This document shows, in pieces, positions 56,013-64,000 of a stretch of DNA of 64,000 bases; position 1 is the first letter of the stretch; every line of letters starts with the position of its first letter. The notes below the pieces were generated by a model. It saw nothing but the letters and a program-made list of their open reading frames with translations, ran no database searches and was not told the DNA's origin. This DNA comes from Naegleria gruberi (lineage: Eukaryota), in NCBI GenBank assembly GCA_000004985.1, contig GG738848.1. One strand, 5' to 3'. Made by a program: the position numbers and the translations under genes.

Positions 56013-57610
56013 ATGTTCGGATATGATCAAAAGTTTCTCGATTACTCTGTCCTTGAAACCTTCAACAAATTAGATCAACACGGTAAAATTATGGCTGAAT
56101 ACGTGTGGATTGGAGCAGTTGATCCTATGGGTGACGTAAGGTATGTTTATTCATTCTACAATCATGATGATTAATTCTTCTTCTTCTTTCCTCCTACTGC
56201 TTGTTCATAACGACTGTTGGCTTTGTATTTTGGTCAAACTTACATATCGGGGTGTTATTCCTAATTCGCTCTTCATGGAAATTTCGCGTTTTTTCCGTAC
56301 CTACTATTTTTTGGCTGGTGCAACTTGTCGTAATTATCATGCCCTGACCTTGTTTCTTCCTGTGATGAAATAATCATTTATTGAATACTACTCCTCACCA
56401 TACTATGAACTGCTTTTTACTCAACGAACCAATGATCATTACACTCCTAATGATGAATAATTATCTTTCAATGTGTTTTGTTTATTCCGCACTGACAGAT
56501 CCAAAACGAGGACATTAGACTTTATTCCAACCAAGCCAGAACAATTGCCAGAGTGGAACTATGATGGTTCAAGTACTAACCAAGCTTCAGGCCACGACAG
56601 TGAAGTCATCATTAAACCAAGAGCTATCTTTAAGGATCCGTTCAGAGGTGGTGACAATATTCTCGTAATGTGTGACACCTATAGACCAAACGGTGAACCT
56701 CTTGCAACCAATACTCGTGCTCCTGCTGTTGAAATTTTCAACAAGGACCTTTCTGCCAAGCCATGGTACGGTTTTGAACAAGAATATACTCTCTACAGTT
56801 GTGATATGCATCCATTAGGTAAGTAATTTATCATCATTAACTGTTAATAATCAATTCCGTTAAATCATTGAAAATTGATAATTATTCAACAATTTATTAC
56901 ACATCAAATTGTTTCTATTAACCTAAACTCCGATAATTTCCACTCGTCGTTTTATTTAATTTTTATGATTTAAAACAGGTTGGCCAAAGGGAGGTTATCC
57001 TGGTCCACAAGGTCCATACTACTGTGGTGCTGGTGCTGAAAAGGCATTTGGTAGAGCCATTGTTGAAGCCCACTACAAGTGTTGCCTCTATGCAGGTGTA
57101 AATATTTCTGGTATCAATGCTGAAGTAATGCCAGGTCAATGGGAATTCCAAGTTGGTCCTTGTGAAGGTATTTCGGGTGGTGACCATTTGTGGATGGCAA
57201 GATACATTTTGTCTAGATTAACTGAATATTTCCGTGTCATTGTCTCATTCCATCCAAAGCCAATGCAAAACTGGAACGGTGCTGGTATGCATACCAATTA
57301 TTCAACTGAAGTCATGAGAAATGAAGGAGGATATGAAGCTATTTTGGATGCTATCAAGAAATTGGAAGCTAAACATAAGGAACACGTTGAACATTATGGA
57401 GCTGATAACCATTTGAGATTAACAGGAAAATTTGAAACATCCTCCATGGAAAGATTTTCATATGGTGTTGCTGATAGAGGAGCCTCTGTTAGAATTCCTA
57501 GATCAACTGAAGCTGAAAAGAAGGGCTATTTTGAAGATAGAAGACCTGCTTCTAACGCTGACCCATACCTTGTTTCTTCGCTCATCTTTAAGACAACTTG
57601 CCTCGAATAA
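56013..57610 (+). CDS. GLN: Glutamine synthetase type II; 3 exons
   Basis: Exons are 56013-56140, 56499-56818 and 56979-57610. Donors ag|gtatgt and g|gtaagt, acceptors …actgacag| and …taaaacag|, phases 2 and 1. Spliced protein: [104 protein letters not shown]…[30 protein letters not shown]…[27 protein letters not shown]…[11 protein letters not shown]…SVRIPR… All are GS II signature blocks. Confidence 0.9.
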
Positions 57611-57993
57611 TTATAATAGTAATTTCGGATTAGTTTTTATAATATAGTATTCAACAATTTCATTTCAATTTTCTGTATATACAACCTCATTGTATAACAC
57701 AACATTACCCATTGTGTGGGGAGCATATCGAACGATTCGATATCAAGAACTCTTGTGTCAATAAAAAATATTTAATTAATAATGAATTGCTCTCTCTCGC
57801 TCGCTCAAATGCTCAAGAAGTAACATCCTCGCACTTTCTCACTCGAAAATTTCAATTGAATCAAATTATTCTTATTATTGAATTATTCCAAAATATTTGT
57901 TTGAATCAATTTCATAGTATTTGTTTGTTTGGTCAAGACTTTATGTTCTCGCAAAAAGTAGAACTCCATCAATTTACTTCTTTAAAACTTTTG

Positions 57994-60900
57994 TTAAAAA
58001 AAATGCCAAGAACAAACCCAGGTGCTCAAAAAAAGAGATCCAACTCTGCCATTGACTTGACCGAAGAAGATGAAGTTGTCCAAATCTCAGACGAAGAGGA
58101 AGAAGTTATAAAAAAGAGGAATGAAAGGCTACTTCAAAAACAAAGGGAAGCCATGATTAGATACGAACGAGCACAATCAGAGACTAGTTTCAATGAGGAA
58201 TTTACTCAGATAGCCTCTGAATTGTACACTCTCACAAAACACAATGAAAGTATGGAAACTCTCATCACACAAATTGATAGATTAAATATTAAAGATCCCA
58301 TGGAAGAAACGGAAAAATCAAAGATTGATTTATTGGCAGAGCAAATCATTAAACAGAGTGATGATATTGTTAGTTTTAATGTTTCCGGACAAGTATTTAC
58401 CACAACAAAAGGAACCATAAGAAGAGAGAAGGAATCATTCTTGACAGTCTTGATTGATGAAAATTCACATCTTCCATTCGACACGGATGAGTCTGGTGCT
58501 TTTATTATTGAAAGAAGTGCCTTGTTGTTTTCCTATATTTTGAAATATTTGCAAAATTTGGATGAATTTACAGGTGAATTTGATATTGATATTTTACCAA
58601 AGGAAAAGACTGTGTTGAATGCATTGTTAGAAGAGGCTAAATTCTTCAGTCTTTCCAATTTGATAGAAGTTCTAGATAAGAACAACTCTGCTCAAATGTT
58701 GGAGGGTAGATCAGCTGCTAGACTTGTGGATGTTTGGAATTATGGAAATATTGTACGTGATGCTGTTGTGAGTGATGAATATTTGGATCAAATCAAGGAA
58801 AGAGTTCAAAGGCGTAAGGAGCAATTGAATCAACAACGAGAAATGATCAAGAATTTGGTAGAAAATCAACAGAAAAAACAAGTTGAAACCAGAAGAAATG
58901 AATTAGAATCAAAATTAGCTCAAATCAGACAAGATTTAGGAAAAGTTGATTCCTTGACAGTTTTCTTTTCAATTAGTGGAACAATATTTGAAATGGATAT
59001 CTTTCAAGTTTTCAAATTCAAAGAGTCCTTGCTTTGTAAGATTGTTCAAAAATATAACATACCAATTCAAGAAACAAAATCTCGTCCAATTTTCATTGAT
59101 AGAGAACCTGAACAATTCACACACATCAAATATTTTATTGAGAATGAGTGTCTTTCAGAGGATTTATTGTATGGTCGTTCTTATAACAAGAAGGCCCTTC
59201 TCAAGGAGGCTGCTTTTTATAACATTACAGATTTGGTGAAATATTTAGATCCAGTTTACAGATTCCCAATTGAAGAGCTTGGATCACATAACGTCGTCAT
59301 GAAAAGAGAGGAAGACCTACTGAGATCATACTTTGCTACAAATAGAGATCATCCATTGCTGAGCGATCCTTATTTACATTTAATTAATGTATTCGACAAT
59401 TTGGATACTTTCAAAAAACAGCCATTCCCTGATCGTGGAAACATTTTATTCAAACAGTATTCTGATCATTTATTTGTTGAATCCAGAGAGGAGTTTGAAT
59501 TTAACTTTAATTGTTTTACGAAAGGAATTTTTAATGGTATGTAATATTGATAATACTTTAAAAATTAATAGAAATGTTAAGGCATGGATTGGAATGGAGT
59601 TATTATGGCAGGCGGTAGTGTGCTAGCTTGTTTATCATCTGTTCCTGCTGAATCATTTAGAACAACTCAGAAACCAACTTTTTACCTTGATAACCGAAAA
59701 AAGAAGACTCAACTCGAGGATTTAATCCCCAACAATCTTATTGAACCAACTGCAGAAAAGGAAGCAAACTTGCCACATTCTGCTTATTACAAGGCAAGTG
59801 ATATCAAGATGGATTTATTGGGAAAGTCATATTTTTACAATAGAGCAGACACTCATCCATTTGCTGATTCAGATATCGATATATTCCTTTATGGACTTTC
59901 TGAAGAGGAGGCAGAAAGTAAAATCAGACATATTTACGAAACAATTAAGAAGAATACCAAATCAAATATTGTTGTCATGAGGTCATCCATGACAATCACG
60001 ATGCAAGTATGTGATTTTAGACCCGTACAAATTATTTTGAGATTGTACAAGAGCCCTTCTGAGGTATTGATTGGATTTGACGTTGATTGTTGTGTAAGTT
60101 TTCTTAGTATTGCATAATTTTTGTAATATTAGCAAGTGTTTTGCATTTGATGGATCTGAGGTGTTTTGTTTACCTAGAGGTAGAAGGTATGTTTAATTAT
60201 TTGCTTACTATCATCTAAATTTCATTTCAGATCTGTTGTCCATAGTGTGAACTTTGTTGATATTGACAACAATCTACCACCTATGAAAATAGACTTTACA
60301 AATATGCAGGTCGTAAGTATGATAAATCAAATGATAGTCCCTTAACAAAATAATAGGTGGATTTAAGGTGTGTGTTGTTGGGATGGACTCTGATAAAATT
60401 GTGAGAGAGGGTTTGCGTCCAGATGATTCATATTTAAACAATTTTCCTAGTTCAAACTTTGATGTAGTAAAGGCAGATTTCACAAACAGTAGAGGTCTTG
60501 CCAGATTGCTGCTTTTGGAGAAGAAGTCCACCTATATTCTTGGGGAAAAAGATCAACGAGTAACGGAGAATACAATTATCAAATTTACCGCTGAGGAGAG
60601 ACAAAAGTTGTTATTTAATAATTGGGATATGGATAGTGATTATCTTGGAGTTCTTATAGCATTCAAGTATAGAGGAGTACCAACATTCTTTTCTGATTTA
60701 TTGGAAATGTTACAATCTGGCTTAACTCAAACCAAATTGATAATGACTGTGGATGAAATTGAAACTATTCTTAATATTCCTGACCAAAAGCTCGCTCAAT
60801 GTGAACTTACCAAGAGAATTGAGTGGATTAAGATTGATCCAGGTATGTTTTATTTTCTAAAATCTTTTCCAAATCTAATATTTCAAAAAAAGGTCGACAA

Positions 60901-61344
60901 TTCATTGGATCTTTCAAACCAGTAATTGATAACTTTTTTGAGGATTGTTACTTTACCAATGCAGAACTCGTTAAAAGAAGAAAGGAGGCAAACAAACCAA
61001 TCCGAGTTAAATGGTACACACAATCTGGAAGCTTGTTTCCAATTAGCCGTGAAAAAGAAACTGAAGAGGCATATCAAATCTATCTCAAAGACAAATCAAA
61101 GAATATTTTCACTTACACGTCTCCAAGTAATTCAATAATGTCTAGGTTTTTTACTAACCCAACCATTAATTTTGACACAATGAGATCAGATATTTCTAGA
61201 TTAGTAAGATTTGAAATACCATATGCTTCTCATATTTACCCAAGCACAGAAGCATCAATTGCTGGTATTAGTCCAACACCTATTCTATCTAATAATCTAG
61301 AATTGGGCACAATGAAACCACGTATTATCATTGAGGATCTATAA
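57994..61344 (+). CDS. Double BTB/POZ (KCTD/T1-like) domain protein fused to a large uncharacterised C-terminal region; 6 exons
   Basis: ATG at 57994 (MPRTNPGAQKK…); the 57712 track start is a non-ATG codon. Exons are 57994-59536, 59582-60093, 60137-60186, 60231-60312, 60368-60842 and 60965-61344, with 43-122-nt GT-AG introns and consistent phases. Two T1/BTB-like segments: IVSFNVSGQVFTTTKGTIRR…FIIERSALLFSYILKYLQN and LTVFFSISGTIFEMDIFQV…IFIDREPEQFTHIKYFIEN. The C-terminal ~500 aa (…AGGSVLACL…SDIDIFLYG…GFDVDCC…) has no family I can assign. Confidence 0.6.
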
Positions 61345-61678
61345 AAGGTAGAATGTAATGCACTGCGTCTTGCTTGTCTCTTTTCAATCTCTCTACGTTC
61401 AAAATTAAAGCTCTGTCAACAATCTAGATATTCGAATATCTCTTTTAAAAAACCTAAATTGTTACAAAGAGATTAGGCAAGACCTTAAAAGGTTTGGCAA
61501 GATGAAACACACAACTCATATTAAACCACATGCTAACTGCTGGCGTTAATTGCCTACTCATAAAAAACAGTTCAAATTGTGTTGACAGATTTATTCGAAA
61601 CAGATTGAAAATCAAGCATAGACAATCGGGTTCAACCACAGCTAATTAACATTCTTCCGCCACAGCAACTACTAGAAA

Positions 61679-64000
61679 ATGGAAACAATCGGCTTTAAAT
61701 TATTAAACAAACAAAAGAAAAATCACAAACCATCTGTAATAGTTTCGAATACTTCCGAGAGACAAATGCCACACCAAAAGCAAACACTGGATTCATCGTT
61801 TTATTCATCAACAGATTCTTCATGCAATATCATGAATGAATCGGCAACTAACTATGAAGATTATCAGTTTAGTTTCGAAAAATTGTACAGAGAAAAAGAA
61901 ACTAGATTATTAATGAAGGAATACATGGAGATGGGTAAGTAATTAGTTTCTTCATCAACCAACAATTATTTTGAAATCTTCTTGTTTTAAATCTGAACGT
62001 TGTGATTGCGACACATTCATACAAATTTGGTAATCGTCTACTTTGGTGAAAATTGTGGATTTTTTGTTCTGTGGCCATGATTAGAAATGCACTCACCTGA
62101 GAGCTTTAAATTCTTGGACAACATTGAATCCTTAAAGCATTCCTGTCAAAATATTCCATCCTCATCGACACAACAATTGATTGACCAATTTCTTGATCAA
62201 ACTTTCTCAATAATTGAAACATTTATTCTACCTCAATCAGAAATGGAAGTGAATATAGGAAGAAAGGAGAAGGAAGTTGTCATGTTGAAATACAAACAAC
62301 TCCAGAGTCAATGGTCAGAAAGTTCTTCAGCAATTCTTGAACCTGTCAAAATTTGGGAGATTTTTGAAGAAGCAAGAATTGTAATAATGACAGAATTGAA
62401 ACAGGACGTATTTCCAAGATTTATCAGATCTCAAAGGTTTATTAGCTTTATACAGACTCATGATAAGGAGTTCCTTGATAAGATTGGTTTGAATCTTGGT
62501 AGAAGAATTTCAGATACAGTTTCAGTTTCTTCAGACGAATCAAGTGGAAATTCCACTACTCAAAGAAAGAAAGTAACAGTAGATTATAGTGTCAGACCTG
62601 AATTTTATTGGAAAAATTATCAAGCAGATGCTTCAATTCATAACATTACTCAACAAGATGTCAAATTTGTTAACTCATTGACATTAGACAGCAATATTTG
62701 GCAATTATTTAAAGTTGGTGACAAGAAAAAGGGAGAATACTTTGCCAGTTTCGTTTCCAAACAGAAACTCTCAGTTTTCAAACCTGATTCCACAACAGAA
62801 CGACAAGTCAACCCTCAGAAATTATACAAATTCACAGGTGTCATTAATCATTCCTTAGAAGAATTGTTATTCACACTGACAAACCCTGCCTACATGATGG
62901 ATTACGACAATCAACTCAGTGTCGTTGAACAACTTGATTATCTCAATGGATTTGATTATTCTAGCTCAATTTCAGTTCAAGGATCCTCAAGCGCATTTTG
63001 GGAAAATGAAAATTTTGATGATTCGAGTTCTGATGGTGGATTGAGTGTTGATTCACAAAGTAGTACTTCTCCAAAGGTATCTCATTCGGATGATAAGTTT
63101 AGTTCTTCCATTTGCTTGGAAACTTATCCTTTCGGATGGCCAATTTCGAATAGAGATTTTCTTGTAACTCAATCACTTATATACGAAGCTAAAACTCAAC
63201 GATATATTTTGGTAAAAAAGTCAATTTCTCATCCAAATTATCCAAAGAGAAAGGGAACTACTCGTGGATTCATTGTTGGTGGATGGACCATTCAGAGAGT
63301 GACTGAAAATCAAACAAGATTTTGTTTCGTCAGCTTTACTGATATGGATTTAAACGAAAGGGTGTTTAATCAACTTTGTAAAAAGAAGGGAAAACGTTTA
63401 TTTGATGGATTGAATCAAACTCTGGATAGAAATTCTGAAAATGGTTTTCTTAGACCTTTATTCTCATGTGGATTATTGGAAACTTTGGAAGATTTCTTGA
63501 AATTCTACAAATTACCTGAAACTATTCTCAACGAAACTCAAGTCCAAGTATTGAAAAAGCAAAAGAGCGACAAATTCAAGAGTTTCGAAATTGATGGCTC
63601 ACTCGTTCGATTAATCTACGTTTCCAGATATGACGAATCCAAACTTTCTTCCAAAGATTTCGACCAAATCAATCAAGTTTCCAATAGAAACAACCAACCA
63701 CTGAACTTGAGTGGTATCCTTCTCAGTGGTCAAGGCGTTTTCTATCAAGTCCTCGAAGGAGATCCAAAATTCATTTATCCAACCTATGAAAGAATCAAAA
63801 AAGATTCGAGACATTTCGATGTTTGGTGTGTGAGTGAGGAAAGTGGAGTTAAGGAATGTGAAAGACAGTTTTCTAATTGGGCCATGAAATGTGTTGATTT
63901 GGTGAATAGTGATCATTATTTGGCTCAGTTTATGAGAAATATAATCGAAACCTTGTCGAAACTTTCAAAAGCTTCAAGAGATTCGACTAATTGGGATGAA
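61679..64000 (+). CDS. RGS-START-BLUF multidomain protein (5' partial; runs off the window end); at least 2 exons
   Basis: Exon 1 is 61679-61934 (ATG METIGFKLL… to …SFEKLYREKETRLLMKEYMEM). A 150-nt GTAAGT…TTAG intron lies at 61935-62084 (phase 1). Exon 2 runs from 62085 to >64000 with no stop; I translated it by hand. It is absent from the ORF track because it lacks a terminal stop. The RGS box spans the intron (SFEKL…FKFLDNIESLK … FEEARIVIMTELKQDVFPRFIRSQRFISFIQ). A START-like lipid-binding domain follows (…NIWQLFKVGDKKKGEYFASFVSK…PISNRDFLVTQSLIYEAKTQRYILVKKSISHPNYPKRKGTTRGFIVGGWTIQRVTENQTRFCFVSFTDMD…). Then a BLUF domain LVRLIYVSRYDESKLSSKDFDQINQVSNRNNQPLNLSGILLSGQGVFYQVLEGDPKFIYPTYERIKKDSRHFDVWCVSEESGVKECERQFSNWAMKCVD has the conserved Tyr (IYVS), Gln (FYQVLEG), DxRH, and W/M (SNWAM). 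Confidence 0.8.

Overview
This window is the left end of a chromosome from an AT-rich eukaryote that uses the standard genetic code. Gene models were traced by hand through 39-350 nt GT-AG introns, with GTAAGT or GTATGT donors. The ORF track's 'M' often stands on TTG, GTG or ATT, so track starts are not true start codons. Nt 1-444 are 74 perfect CCCAAA telomere units (G-strand TTTGGG). Nt 445 to about 8000 are gene-free subtelomere: diverged ~300-bp satellite monomers forming higher-order repeats, a duplicated ~0.6-kb segment carrying a TIR-flanked MITE-like insertion, degenerate interstitial telomere-like repeats, and two N gaps. Coding sequence begins at about 8 kb, and most genes are multi-exonic. 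They are an adhesion-GPCR-like receptor (EGF, GPS, 7TM) ending in an RGS domain, and a receptor-type adenylate cyclase with a periplasmic-binding-protein-like ectodomain. Also a TTC39/IML2-like TPR protein, a cathepsin Z/X protease, and a single-pass receptor Ser/Thr kinase. A GPx-like thioredoxin-fold protein and a secreted hyper-arginine-rich repeat protein follow. Further genes are a degenerate kinase-like gene, IFRD/Tis7-like, a PQ-loop transporter, an F-box protein, and a multi-TM PAS + class III cyclase gene with 22-nt and 31-nt micro-exons. The rest are a PhyH-like dioxygenase, mitochondrial DLST (2-oxoglutarate dehydrogenase E2), glutamine synthetase type II, a double-BTB (KCTD-like) protein, and a partial RGS-START-BLUF gene running off the 3' end. 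RNA genes are a dispersed 5S rRNA with T5 terminator, an initiator tRNA-Met, and a tRNA-Gly(GCC) split by a 312-bp insertion flanked by an 8-bp target duplication. The best candidates for something new are the RGS-START-BLUF protein (a putative blue-light-regulated G-protein GAP, fully coding-capable), the GPCR-RGS fusion, and the secreted arginine-rich repeat protein. A subtelomeric concentration of sensor and cyclase genes is also notable. The combination of BLUF, many cyclases, AT-richness and short introns recalls heterolobosean amoeboflagellates such as Naegleria, but that assignment is speculative.
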